64,000 bases of DNA from Akkermansia muciniphila (lineage in GTDB: Bacteria; Verrucomicrobiota; Verrucomicrobiia; Limisphaerales; SIAT01), in contig CAMDJP010000004.1 in the NCBI GenBank assembly GCA_945900775.1, positions 25,919 to 89,918 on the forward strand, in the 5' to 3' direction. How positions within the stretch are numbered: position 1 is the first letter of the stretch; each line of letters begins with the position of its first letter. The notes under the pieces are model-generated. The model had not been told where the DNA came from. It was given only the letters and a program-made list of their open reading frames with translations, and did not search any database. Position numbers and translations under genes: made by a program. Below, one piece after another: positions 17,909 to 28,665 of the stretch.

Positions 17909-18520
17909 ATGACCACCGCCAACAAGATTACCATCGGACGCATCGTGCTCGTGCCGTTCTTCGCGGTGCAGTTGCTCTACTACGCGAAGACTGGCCTGGA
18001 TTTACATCGATGGCTTGCCTTGGCGGCGTTCATTCTTGCTGCGGCGAGCGACTGGCTGGACGGCTACCTCGCTCGGAATTGCGGCCAACACACGGAGCTT
18101 GGCGAGGTGCTCGATCCGTTGGCGGATAAGTTCCTCTCCGTTACCGCGCTGGTGCTGTTCAGCATCGGGCTCGATTGGGATCTTGTCCGGCTGCCACTCT
18201 GGCTTGCTGGAACAGTCATCGGCCGTGACGCGATTCTCATTCTCGGCTGGCTAGTGGTTCAACGGTTTCATCCCGACGTGAAGATTCGGCCGCGTTTTAT
18301 CGGCAAGACCGGCACGGTGATGCTGATGGCGTGCGTTATCTGCGCCCTGATGCGCGGCCCGGAGCAAGTGACATGGCTGTTGGCGCTGGCCACGGCAGTC
18401 TGCGACGGCGTGTCCGGCATCTTTTATCTCTTCGACGGACTGCGGCAGATGAACGATGATCCGGCAGCCTCGGCTTCCACGACGTCATCGGATGCGGGCA
18501 AGGATTCGAACAAAGGTTGA
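17909..18520 (+). CDS. pgsA: CDP-alcohol phosphatidyltransferase (PgsA-like)
   Basis: Motif DWLDGYLAR..G..LDPLADK (D-G-x2-A-R-x8-G-x3-D-x3-D) and a polytopic membrane profile. Confidence 0.85.
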   Translation: MTTANKITIGRIVLVPFFAVQLLYYAKTGLDLHRWLALAAFILAAASDWLDGYLARNCGQHTELGEVLDPLADKFLSVTALVLFSIGLDWDLVRLPLWLAGTVIGRDAILILGWLVVQRFHPDVKIRPRFIGKTGTVMLMACVICALMRGPEQVTWLLALATAVCDGVSGIFYLFDGLRQMNDDPAASASTTSSDAGKDSNKG

Positions 18521-18523
18521 ACT

Positions 18524-18997
18524 ATGGTGAACGAATTTATTCCCACGCTTCAGGAAGGTGATCCCGCGCCGGACTTCACCACGACCACGAGCGGTGGCGG
18601 CACGCTCTCGCTCGCTGCCCTGCGCGGAAAGAACGTCGTGCTTTACTTCTATCCGAGGGACGACACGCCCGGCTGCACTAAGGAGGCCTGTGCCTTCCGC
18701 GACCAGTTTGCCGCATTCCAGCAGAAGGGTGCGGTCGTCTTGGGCGTCAGCCCCGACGACGTGAAGGCACATGACAAGTTCGTGCAGAAATATCGGCTGC
18801 CGTTCACATTGTTGGTCGATGAGGAGAAGAAGATTGTCACCGCCTACGGGGTCTGGGGCCAGAAGAGTTTCCTCGGCAAGAAATATATGGGTACCCACCG
18901 CGTCACCTTCCTCATCGGGCCGGACGGACGTATCCGGAAGGTCTGGCCGAAGGTGAAGCCGGAACTGCACGCCGCCGAGGTGCTTGCGGCTCTCTGA
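18524..18997 (+). CDS. bcp: Thioredoxin-dependent peroxiredoxin Bcp
   Basis: 157 aa. FYPRDDTPGCTKEACAFRD active-site context, typical of BCP/PrxQ. Confidence 0.9.
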   Translation: MVNEFIPTLQEGDPAPDFTTTTSGGGTLSLAALRGKNVVLYFYPRDDTPGCTKEACAFRDQFAAFQQKGAVVLGVSPDDVKAHDKFVQKYRLPFTLLVDEEKKIVTAYGVWGQKSFLGKKYMGTHRVTFLIGPDGRIRKVWPKVKPELHAAEVLAAL

Positions 18998-19074
18998 GCT
19001 GGGCGTGATTGACGATTGACTTTCCGTGCTGGGAAGCCTTCCTTGGCGCGGGCGAAACGAACATCCTAACAACC

Positions 19075-19680
19075 ATGAATGACACCGCAATCCTCACCGT
19101 GGGCCAAGACGTACCCGACTTCGAGATGGAGACCTACGAGCCGGCCAAAGCCCTCTTCGGTAAGCTCTCCCTGGCCGAGTTGAAGAAGCAGAACAAGTGG
19201 ACCATCCTCGTCTTCTACCCGGCCGACTTCACCTTCGTCTGCCCCACCGAGTTGGCCGACTTGGCTGAGAAGCACGCCGAGCTGCAGAAGCTGGGCGCCG
19301 AGGTCGCCACCGTTTCCACCGACACCAAGTTCTCTCACCTCGCCTGGCGCGATTCTGAGAAGCTCCTCGCCAGCGTGAAGTACCCGATGGCCGCCGACCC
19401 GACCGGCAAGGTCTCCCGGATGTTCGGCGTGTACGATGCCGCTACCGGCCTAGCCCTTCGCGGGACCTTCATCATCAACCCCGGCGGCAAGCTCGTCTCC
19501 AGCGAGGTAAACTTCTACAACGTCGGCCGCGATGCTGCCGAGTTGGTGCGCAAGATGCAGGCGAACGAATACCTCGTGCAGCATCCTGCTGAGGCGTGTC
19601 CTGCGAAGTGGACCCCCGGCAAGAAGACCCTCAAGCCCTCCGAGAAGATGGTCGGCAAAGTCTTCGAGGCGCTCCAGTAA
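19075..19680 (+). CDS. Typical 2-Cys peroxiredoxin (AhpC/Prx1 family)
   Basis: ATG at 19075 (MNDTAILTVGQDVPDF). Peroxidatic Cys in FYPADFTFVCPTE; resolving Cys in EACPAKW. Confidence 0.9.
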   Translation: MNDTAILTVGQDVPDFEMETYEPAKALFGKLSLAELKKQNKWTILVFYPADFTFVCPTELADLAEKHAELQKLGAEVATVSTDTKFSHLAWRDSEKLLASVKYPMAADPTGKVSRMFGVYDAATGLALRGTFIINPGGKLVSSEVNFYNVGRDAAELVRKMQANEYLVQHPAEACPAKWTPGKKTLKPSEKMVGKVFEALQ

Positions 19681-19707
19681 GCGCGCGCGAACTCGGGACT
19701 CACGCGG

Positions 19708-20273
19708 TCAAGGTGCTGGTGGCTTCGGGTTATTTCCGATGCCGAAGATTCTTCGAAGCGTCCCGAGCGGAACACGCGCCCATGCGCGTTCGTGCAGATA
19801 ATAGAGGACGATTTTTGTGATAACTTCCGAGGCGCCAATGATCAGTGCTTTGCGAGCGTCTCTCGTCCACAAATAGGAGACCAATATCGTATCGATGGTG
19901 CCGACGATGCGCCAGCTTACGGCCTTCAGAAGACTGCGTAGATTCGAATCACGCAGCGGCAGTTGCGATACCGGTTCCTCCTTCGGAAAGGGGCTGTGCC
20001 GGCGCATCGTGCCGAGTGGTACGAGTGCCCACGCTCGCTCGTGCAGATAGTACAGGGCGATTTTCGTAATGGCCTCCGTGCCTCCAATCGCAACCGCCTG
20101 CCCGGCGTGCCCCGTCCAAAAAAAGGAAATCACCATCGTGTCGATTGTGCCGATGATGCGCCAGCTCACCGCCTTGAACACGCTGCGCAGGCGCGAATCG
20201 CGAAGCTGATGCATCTCGCCCGATCCCGAAGACGCGCCTTGCGTCGGTTCAGTGGGATCGACGGGGGTCGTCG

Positions 20274-20277
<4 letters not shown>
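19708..20277 (-). CDS. Membrane protein made of two tandem DUF2061-like repeats
   Basis: 189 aa. Two highly similar halves: LRDSRLRSVFKAVSWRIIGTIDTMVISFFWTG..ITKIALYYLHERAWALVPLG and LRDSNLRSLLKAVSWRIVGTIDTILVSYLWT..ITKIVLYYLHERAWARVPLG. The start overlaps the cysN stop by 4 bp. Confidence 0.7.
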
Positions 20278-21593
<1,316 letters not shown>

Positions 21594-21613
21594 GGGAGGA
21601 CGAGGGCTTGGGT

Positions 21614-22552
21614 TTAGAAGTAGCCGGCTTTCTTGCGGTCTTCCATCGCGGCTTCGCTGGCCTTGTCGTCGGCGCGGGTGCCGCGCTCGGTGATGCGGGC
21701 GGCGGCGACTTCGCGGATGATGTCGTCCACGGTGCTGGCCGGGCTGTCAATCATGCCAGTGCTGATCATGTCGGCGATGGTGCGGACGCGGCAGACCATC
21801 GTCTTGAGCGGCTCTTTCGCGGTCGGACGTGCGCCGGCGTAAACATCGGGCTGACCGTTCGTCGCGTGCGGCGGCGGCACGGGCAGCCACTGGCCGCCGC
21901 GCCGGAAGCACTCGCGGGTGTGGCTGAAGTAGATGGTCGGCACCTCGAGCTTCTCGCGCTGGATGTATTCCCACACGTCCATCTCGGTCCAGTTGGAGAG
22001 CGGGAAGACGCGCATGTTTTCGCCCGGGTTCACGCGGGCGTTGTAGAGGTTCCAGATTTCGGGACGCTGATTTTTGGGATCCCACTGGCCGAACGCATCG
22101 CGGAAACTGAAGAAGCGTTCCTTGGCGCGGGCTTTCTCTTCGTCGCGTCGCGCGCCGCCGATGCAGCAGTCGAAACGGAACTCTTCAATCGCACCGAGCA
22201 GCACGGGAATCTGAAGCTGGTTGCGGCTGACTTGGCCGGGCGTGGGCGTAGCGAGGCCTTTGGCGAAGGCGTCGTCCACGGTGCGGACGATGAGCTTGGC
22301 GCCGAGTTCTTTCGCGCGGCGGTCGCGGAAATCAATCAGCTCGGGGAATTCGTGACCGGTCTCGACATTAAGAAAGGGCATCGGAATCTCGGAGGGACGA
22401 AAGGCTTTTTCAGCGAGGCGCAGGATGCAGATGGAATCTTTGCCGCCGGAGAAAAGAATCGCCGGGCGCTCGAAACTTGCCGCCACTTCACGCAGCACGT
22501 GAATGGCCTCCGTTTCGAGATACTGAAGATGGTCGAGATGGTATGAGCTCAT
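21614..22552 (-). CDS. cysD: Sulfate adenylyltransferase subunit 2
   Basis: PP-loop ILFSGGKDS; N-terminus MSSYHLDHLQYLETEAIHVLREV. ATG at 22550-22552 overlaps the cysH stop (ATGA). Confidence 0.92.
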   Translation of the reverse strand: MSSYHLDHLQYLETEAIHVLREVAASFERPAILFSGGKDSICILRLAEKAFRPSEIPMPFLNVETGHEFPELIDFRDRRAKELGAKLIVRTVDDAFAKGLATPTPGQVSRNQLQIPVLLGAIEEFRFDCCIGGARRDEEKARAKERFFSFRDAFGQWDPKNQRPEIWNLYNARVNPGENMRVFPLSNWTEMDVWEYIQREKLEVPTIYFSHTRECFRRGGQWLPVPPPHATNGQPDVYAGARPTAKEPLKTMVCRVRTIADMISTGMIDSPASTVDDIIREVAAARITERGTRADDKASEAAMEDRKKAGYF

Positions 22553-23214
22553 TTGTCGGCCATCGCCTTTCCGCCCCAACTGGCGTGGAGGCCGCACTCA
22601 CGTTTTTCATCCGCCTTGGCGGGATCGAAGTAATCCCACTCGTTGGGAAGGTTGTGTCGTTGCAGATACGATTCCATCTCGGCGTCGCTCCAATAAAACA
22701 CCGGGCTGACTTTGAGTGTGCCGAAATTGGGGTCGTGCGAAACGATGTCGAGGCCGGCGCGATTGGGGTTTTGGACTTTGCGTAGCGCGGTGAGCCAGAC
22801 AGCGGGCGCAAGTTCCTTCATGCCGCGCAGGAACGGCTCCAGTTTCATCGTGGTGCTGAAGGCTTTGATGCGCTCCTCGTTCTCCGGCGTCGGCTCGGGC
22901 ATACCGCCGTGAACGGCGTCGTAGTTCGCGGCGGTGAGGCGCGGCACGTAGGCTTTGATGTTCAGCTTGAGCAGCGCGCGCAGCGTTTCGGCATGCGCGT
23001 AAGTCGCGGGCCGATTGTAACCGTGATCCACCCACAGCACAGGAATGTCCGGCTGCACTTGCGTGGCGAGGTGGAGGATGACGGCTTCGTAAGGGCGATA
23101 GTTAGTCGAGACAATCGCGCGGCCGTTGGCTTGCGCGATGGCCCAACGAACGATTTCGAGCGGCGACTTATCGCGCAGGTCGACGTTGGCCTGGCCGATT
23201 TGTTCAGCGGTCAT
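22549..23214 (-). CDS. cysH: Phosphoadenosine phosphosulfate (PAPS)-type reductase, with no Fe-S cysteine cluster
   Basis: Alignable by eye to E. coli CysH (DIPVLWVDHGY, KLEPFLRGMKEL, C-terminal KRECGLH). ECGLH holds the only Cys in the protein. Confidence 0.9.
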   Translation of the reverse strand: MTAEQIGQANVDLRDKSPLEIVRWAIAQANGRAIVSTNYRPYEAVILHLATQVQPDIPVLWVDHGYNRPATYAHAETLRALLKLNIKAYVPRLTAANYDAVHGGMPEPTPENEERIKAFSTTMKLEPFLRGMKELAPAVWLTALRKVQNPNRAGLDIVSHDPNFGTLKVSPVFYWSDAEMESYLQRHNLPNEWDYFDPAKADEKRECGLHASWGGKAMADK

Positions 23215-23228
23215 GGCGATGAATGGAA

Positions 23229-24917
23229 TTAGTTCGCGGCGACCTGTTCGTTCCAGAGCGTGCGCGAGACCCAGTCACCGAAACGCTCGGAGCCGATGCG
23301 GTTCTTTGCGTATTGCTCGAGCAGCGGACGCAGCTCGGCGACGATATCCGGGTCCTTCACGTTATCTTTCCAGAGTCGGTTGAGGCGGGTGCAAGCTTCG
23401 TTGCCACCGAGGTAGACCTGATAGCGGCCGGGCGCTTTGCCGACGAAGCCGATTTCGGCCATGTACGGGCGGGCGCAGCCGTTCGGGCAGCCGGTCATGC
23501 GGATGATGATTTCGTTGTCCTTCAGGCCGAGTTCGCCGAGGACGTTCTCGAAGCGGCTGAGCAACTCGGGCAGGTAGCGTTCGCTCTCGGCGAGGCCGAG
23601 GCCGCAGGTCGGCATCGAGGGGCAGGCCATCGAGGCGCGTCGCAGGGCAGTGGTCTGGTTCTCGACCGGGATGCCGTGGTCGGCGAGCAACTGCGTGATG
23701 GACGACTGGTCGGCTGGCGTGATGTTGGCGAGGACGATGTTCTGCGATGGTGTGAGGCGGAACTCGGGTTTGAAGCGCTCGGCGATGAGCTTGAGTGCGC
23801 TCTTTAATTGGTAGCCGTCCTTGTCCTTGATGCGGCCGGTCTCGACGTATAGGCCGAGGAACTTTCGACCATCCGTGGCGGTGTCCCAGCCGAAGTGGTC
23901 GCCTTGGCGCTCGAACTTGAACGGCTTCGCGTCGGCGAGTTTGTAGCCGAGGCGGGTCTCGAGTTCCGACCGGAACCACAGGGCGCCCTTTTCCTCGAGT
24001 ACATATTTCAGGCGGGCGTGCTTTCGGTTGGTGCGGTCGCCGAAGTCGCGATGGATGGTGAGCACGCTCTTCGAGACATCGACGAGCTGCGCGGGCGTGA
24101 GGAAGCCAATGACGTCGGCGATGCGCGGGTAGGTCTCCTCGTTGCCGTGGCTGCGGCCGAGGCCACCGCCCACGGTGAGGTTGTAACCGGCGAGCTTGCC
24201 GCTCTCCTCGATGGCGATGTAGCCGAGGCAGTTCGTGAAGATGTCCACGTCGTTCACCGGCGTGGCAGCGAAGGCGGCCTTGAACTTGCGGGGCAGGTAG
24301 GTCTTGCCGTAGAGCGGGTCGACGAACTCCTTGTTCTCGGACGCGCTGAGGTCGAGCTGCACGCCTTCGACCCAGATAGAATGATAGGCCTTGGTGATGG
24401 GCATGAGTGCTTCGCTCACGCGCGTGGCATCGGCGAGCAGTTGCACGTCGAGGCCGTTGCGGGCGGGCGTTGGGGGCGACATCACATTGCGGTTTACGTC
24501 ACCGCAGGCGGCGATGGTGTCCATCATGGCCTCGTTGAGTTGTTTCATCAGCGGCCCAAGGCCGGCCTTCACCACGCCGTGGAACTGGAAGCTCTGGCGG
24601 GAGGTGATGCGCAGGGTCTGGTTGCCGAACTGCGTGGCGAGTTGGTCGTACACGAGGTACTGGCGGGCGTTGAGCACGCCGCCGGGGATGCGCCCGCGAA
24701 TCATCCAGATGAAGAGCTTGCCGGTCTTGCGTTTGTCCCGGTCGTCCTGCTGGTAGATGCCGTGGAACTTGAGGAACTGCTGGTCGTCCTCGGTGAAGCG
24801 GTCGACAGCCGGGTCGTTCAAGGTTCCGGCGATATTACCAGCCAAGGTGGGGATGGCGGTCTTGATCACCTCGTTGTGCGTCGGCTTCTTCTCGGATGCG
24901 GCGTTATTTTCAATCAT
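23229..24917 (-). CDS. Assimilatory sulfite reductase hemoprotein (siroheme/4Fe-4S; CysI/Sir family)
   Basis: 562 aa. Cys cluster motifs SMACPSMPTCGLGLAE and MTGCPNGCARPY. NirA/CysI-like repeats (FKFHGIYQQDDRD). Confidence 0.9.
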   Translation of the reverse strand: MIENNAASEKKPTHNEVIKTAIPTLAGNIAGTLNDPAVDRFTEDDQQFLKFHGIYQQDDRDKRKTGKLFIWMIRGRIPGGVLNARQYLVYDQLATQFGNQTLRITSRQSFQFHGVVKAGLGPLMKQLNEAMMDTIAACGDVNRNVMSPPTPARNGLDVQLLADATRVSEALMPITKAYHSIWVEGVQLDLSASENKEFVDPLYGKTYLPRKFKAAFAATPVNDVDIFTNCLGYIAIEESGKLAGYNLTVGGGLGRSHGNEETYPRIADVIGFLTPAQLVDVSKSVLTIHRDFGDRTNRKHARLKYVLEEKGALWFRSELETRLGYKLADAKPFKFERQGDHFGWDTATDGRKFLGLYVETGRIKDKDGYQLKSALKLIAERFKPEFRLTPSQNIVLANITPADQSSITQLLADHGIPVENQTTALRRASMACPSMPTCGLGLAESERYLPELLSRFENVLGELGLKDNEIIIRMTGCPNGCARPYMAEIGFVGKAPGRYQVYLGGNEACTRLNRLWKDNVKDPDIVAELRPLLEQYAKNRIGSERFGDWVSRTLWNEQVAAN

Positions 24918-24939
24918 AAGTAAAAAACTTAACTTGCAA

Positions 24940-24967
24940 ATGATATCAATTTTCTGGGTGTCGTCAA
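24940..24967 (-). promoter_or_regulatory. Putative sigma70-like promoter of the sulfate assimilation operon
   Basis: On the minus strand: TTGACG (24962-24967), a 16-nt spacer, then TATCAT (24940-24945), ending 22 nt upstream of the ATG at 24917. Sequence pattern only. Confidence 0.25.
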
Positions 24968-25374
24968 ACGCTTTTTTAAGCGAATGGGTCCTGCCAACCT
25001 GTCAATTATACAGGAAATTGCCGTTCTCCGGCAAGGGCGCTATTCTAGGCTAGGTTCGCGGGTCTTTTCTAGCGGTTTTGATGTGAAAATGGAAGGTTGT
25101 CCCCGAAAAATTTGGTTGCGAGCGCAAAAACGCGCGTGTCTCGGCAAAAACTGATGGTTCTATGGATTAAACCTTTGGCTTTTAAATCAAACAGTCCTTC
25201 CAAAGGCATTGCAGTCCCATTCTCAGCCACGCACTTGTTCAGCCGACGCACTCTTTTTAATGAAAGAATTCTCGCCCCTCGGCGGCGTTGGGAAGTTGGG
25301 AAGCCTTGAAGAGAGGATGAGCTGGATTAAATCTCAGATTGAATTTCAGCCGCCCCGCACTAATCTAAATCGTC

Positions 25375-28266
25375 ATGCATCGGTGCGTTGTCACCTCACT
25401 CGGTTATATCCTGCTCAGTGCCTTCGCACCAGGTGCGGCCCTCGCGGCCACGGCGCCATCGAGCACCGAGCTGGAGTTCTTCGAGAAAAAAATCCGTCCA
25501 CTACTCGCCGCGCAGTGCTTCGAGTGCCATAGCGAGAAGAAGGCCAAGGGCGGCCTCCGCCTCGATTCGCGCGACGGCTGGGCCAAGGGCGGCGAGAGCG
25601 GTCCGGCTATCCTCCTCGGCACTCCGGACAAGAGTCCGCTCCTCCGCGCCGTGCGTTATACCGATAAGGACCTTCAGATGCCGCCCAAGCGCAAGCTCAG
25701 CCCCGAGCAGCTTGCCGCCTTCGAACAATGGGTGAAGCTCGGTGCGCCAGATCCGCGCACGGCGACTGCCGCAATCGAGACCAAGAAAACCGGCATGACC
25801 ATCGAGGAAGGGCGGAAGTTCTGGTCATACCAGCCGCCCAAGGCTGTTGCTCTACCGACCGTGAATGACGCCGCGTGGCCGCGCACGGACATCGACCGAT
25901 TCATCCTCGCGCCAATTGAGGCGAAGAATCTCAAGCCTGCGCCGGACGCTGACCCCACCACGCTTGTCCGCCGTGTCTACTTCGACCTCACCGGTCTACC
26001 GCCGACACCGGAGCAGATCGATCAGTTCCTCAACGACAAGGCACCCGACGCTTACGTGCGTCTGGTGGATCGCCTGCTCGCCTCGCCGCATTTCGGCGAG
26101 CGCTGGGGACGGCACTGGCTCGACGTGGTGCGTTTCGCTGAGTCGATGACGCTGCGCGGGTTCGTCTTCAAGGAGGCGTGGCGCTATCGCGATTACGTCA
26201 TCGAATCCTTCAATGCCGATCGTCCGTTCGACCAATTCGTTCGTGAGCAGGTTGCCGGTGACCTCCAGCCGCACGGTTCCCTCGCTGAGCGTCGTCGCCA
26301 ACTGACCGCCACCGCGTTTCTCGCGCTCGCGAATTCCAATCTGGAGGAGCAGGACAAAAAGCAGCTCGAGATGGACGTGGTGGACGAGCAACTCGACGTC
26401 ATCAGCAAGGCGTTTCTTGGACAGACGGTCACCTGCGCCCGTTGCCACGACCACAAGTTCGACCCCATCCCCACGCGCGATTACTACGCTCTCGCCGGCA
26501 TCCTCAAGAACACGCACACCCTTGAGCATTCCAACGTCTCCAAGTGGATCGAACTTCCGCTGCCCGCTGAGCCGACCGAAGAGGCCGCGTACAAAAAACA
26601 CGATTCCGCTGTCGCTGCGTTGCAAGCAAAGATCAAGTCTGCGAAGGATGCCGCCAAGCCGGTAGCGAACGCTAGCGACAAGACGAAGCCGGTCTCTATC
26701 CGGCTCGCCGACTTACCCGGTGTCGTCGTGGATGATAGCAAGGCTGTGCGTGTCGGCGAGTGGACGCTCTCCAAGTACAGCGGCCGCTTCATCGGCGAAG
26801 GTTACTTGCACGACGCTGACGCTAGTAAAGGGAAGAAGACACTCACCTTCCAACCCGAGCTTCCGCACGCCGGCCTTTACGAGGTACGCCTCGGTTATAT
26901 CGCTGGTCGGAACCGCGCTACGAACGCGCCGGTCACCGTCTTCAGCGCCGATGGTGAGAAGACCTTTCACATCAATCAACAGGAACAGGCGGTGCTCGAT
27001 GGCCACTTCGTTTCGCTGGGCCAACACCGTTTCGAACAGAATGGTGCCGGCTTTGTCATCCTCAGCAACGAAGGCACCAAAGGGGTCGTCGTTGCCGACG
27101 CGGTGTTGTTCGTCCCTGTCGATGCGAACGCGCCGGGCAAGACCGTGGCCGTGACGTCTGCGACCTCCGACAACAAGAAGGATGCAAAGAAGGATGCGAA
27201 GAAAGAGGCCGTGCCCGACTCGATCAAGCAGATGGAGGCTGAACTGAAAAAGCTCACGGACTCCGGACCGAAGCGTCCGCTCTTCATGACCGTGCGTGAG
27301 GAGGCGACCTACGGCGATATTGCCGTGCACATCCGTGGCAGCGTCCACAACCTCGGTGAGAAGGTGCCGCGAGGCTTCCTACAAGTCGCTAGCCTGAGCA
27401 AACCTTCCACACCAATCGCCCAAGGACAGAGTGGTCGTCGTGAACTGGCCGAATGGCTCACCAGCACCGGGAACCCGCTTACCGCGCGCGTCATGGCTAA
27501 CCGCACGTGGCATTGGCTTTTCGGCGCTGGGATTGTTCGCACCACCGACAACTTCGGCACCACTGGTGAACTTCCGTCGCATTCCGAACTGCTCGATTAT
27601 CTCGCGCTGAAGTTCGCGCAGGGAAACTGGTCCGTGAAAAAAATCGTGCGCGAAATCGTGCTGAGCCGCACTTATCAACTTGCTAGCACCGCCACGCTGG
27701 AACAGGCGAAGGCCGATCCCGATAACCGCCTCTTCAGCCACGCCCAACGCCGCCGGCTTGATGCCGAGTGCATCCACGACGCGATGCTCTCTGCCGCCGG
27801 CACACTCGATCTGACTGTCGGTGGCGCCACAATCAAGTCCGGCACGACCGCCGACTACGCTTACAAGCATAGCGGCACCCGCCGCAGCGTCTACGCGCCC
27901 GTCCTGCGCAACTCGCTTCCGGAGATTTTCGAGATGTTCGATTTCGCCGACCCGAGCGTCGTCACCGGTCGCCGAAACACGAGCACTGTCGCGCCGCAGG
28001 CACTCTTTCTGATGAACCACCCCTTCGCCATCGAGCAGGGTCGCACGGCGGCGGGCCGGATTCTTAACGAGAAACTGCCGGATGACGCCGCGCGCGCGAC
28101 TCGCGCCTATCGTCTTATCCTAGGTCGCGTTCCGACCGAGGCTGAACGCCAAATCGCGCTTCGGCACATCGCCGCCGCCGGTCCGGAGGCTCCGCAGCAG
28201 CGCAAGGCGTGGGCTCAATTTTGTCAGGCCCTCTTCGCTGCCCCCGATTTCCGATACGTAAATTGA
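25375..28266 (+). CDS. Secreted PSCyt1 / DUF1549 / DUF1553 protein (Planctomycete cytochrome-c-domain family)
   Basis: 963 aa with a signal peptide. FFEKKIRPLLAAQCFECHS has CxxCH at 25516-25530; a second CxxCH sits in [11 protein letters not shown] (26434-26448). Also present: [30 protein letters not shown] and a C-terminal FRYVN. Confidence 0.9.
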   Translation: MHRCVVTSLGYILLSAFAPGAALAATAPSSTELEFFEKKIRPLLAAQCFECHSEKKAKGGLRLDSRDGWAKGGESGPAILLGTPDKSPLLRAVRYTDKDLQMPPKRKLSPEQLAAFEQWVKLGAPDPRTATAAIETKKTGMTIEEGRKFWSYQPPKAVALPTVNDAAWPRTDIDRFILAPIEAKNLKPAPDADPTTLVRRVYFDLTGLPPTPEQIDQFLNDKAPDAYVRLVDRLLASPHFGERWGRHWLDVVRFAESMTLRGFVFKEAWRYRDYVIESFNADRPFDQFVREQVAGDLQPHGSLAERRRQLTATAFLALANSNLEEQDKKQLEMDVVDEQLDVISKAFLGQTVTCARCHDHKFDPIPTRDYYALAGILKNTHTLEHSNVSKWIELPLPAEPTEEAAYKKHDSAVAALQAKIKSAKDAAKPVANASDKTKPVSIRLADLPGVVVDDSKAVRVGEWTLSKYSGRFIGEGYLHDADASKGKKTLTFQPELPHAGLYEVRLGYIAGRNRATNAPVTVFSADGEKTFHINQQEQAVLDGHFVSLGQHRFEQNGAGFVILSNEGTKGVVVADAVLFVPVDANAPGKTVAVTSATSDNKKDAKKDAKKEAVPDSIKQMEAELKKLTDSGPKRPLFMTVREEATYGDIAVHIRGSVHNLGEKVPRGFLQVASLSKPSTPIAQGQSGRRELAEWLTSTGNPLTARVMANRTWHWLFGAGIVRTTDNFGTTGELPSHSELLDYLALKFAQGNWSVKKIVREIVLSRTYQLASTATLEQAKADPDNRLFSHAQRRRLDAECIHDAMLSAAGTLDLTVGGATIKSGTTADYAYKHSGTRRSVYAPVLRNSLPEIFEMFDFADPSVVTGRRNTSTVAPQALFLMNHPFAIEQGRTAAGRILNEKLPDDAARATRAYRLILGRVPTEAERQIALRHIAAAGPEAPQQRKAWAQFCQALFAAPDFRYVN

Positions 28267-28380
28267 ATCCGCGCATTCGGTTTTGATAGGCCAACGGGTT
28301 CTCCCTGCAACGCAGAGGGGATGTGAGCAAGGCCTTCAGGCTACTGGGTTGGTTGCCGTCATCCGATCGAGCGCACGGGC

Positions 28381-28665
28381 TCACAGATCCCGGTTGCGCG
28401 TGTAGGAGTGGGTTGCGGTCACGCCGAGGAAGGCCCGCACGAAGTCCGCGTGACCGTCCGCAAAGGTGGCATTGGACTGGTTGTCGTTTACCCGCGTGTG
28501 CATGTAATACTCCGGCGGCGCATTGCTGTTGAGCGAACTCCAGAAGGGAAACCAGATTCCGTGGTCAACGTTCATCCCTTGGTTTCGCCAGCTTTTGGAG
28601 CGGCTGCTGTTCAGGTTGCAATCAATCAGAATAGCGGCTACCGTCGCGCGTCCAATATCCGGCAT
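28381..28665 (-). pseudogene. Possible remnant (C-terminal fragment) of a prepilin-type / H-X9-DG (DUF1559-like) pseudopilin gene
   Basis: 94-aa ORF ending ..HTRVNDNQSNATFADGHADFVRAFL. This resembles the conserved C-terminal H..N..FxDGHV motif of PVC pseudopilin-like proteins. There is no N-terminal methylation/TM domain, and an in-frame stop lies two codons upstream of the Met. Confidence 0.35.

Noticed and set aside
16345-18129. 594-aa plus-strand ORF spanning three annotated genes in another frame
   Set aside because: Its composition is dominated by Arg/Ala/Gly/Pro. It reads through the boundaries of the PH-like, chrA and pgsA genes, each of which has strong family motifs in its own frame.
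21608-22546. 312-aa plus-strand ORF antisense to cysD (similarly 23895-24923, antisense to sulfite reductase)
   Set aside because: The sense genes carry PP-loop and siroheme/Fe-S Cys motifs. The antisense products have no motifs and a biased composition.
25069-25251. 60-aa minus-strand ORF, and overlapping plus-strand ORFs, in the AT-rich spacer upstream of the sulfur operon
   Set aside because: No ribosome-binding site, no motifs, and conflicting overlapping frames. The region is more plausibly regulatory DNA.
28523-28663. Upstream extension of the first DUF1501 gene
   Set aside because: It would place 47 extra residues before the twin-arginine motif. The other three DUF1501 copies start 10-20 residues before their RR motif, which favours ATG 28664.
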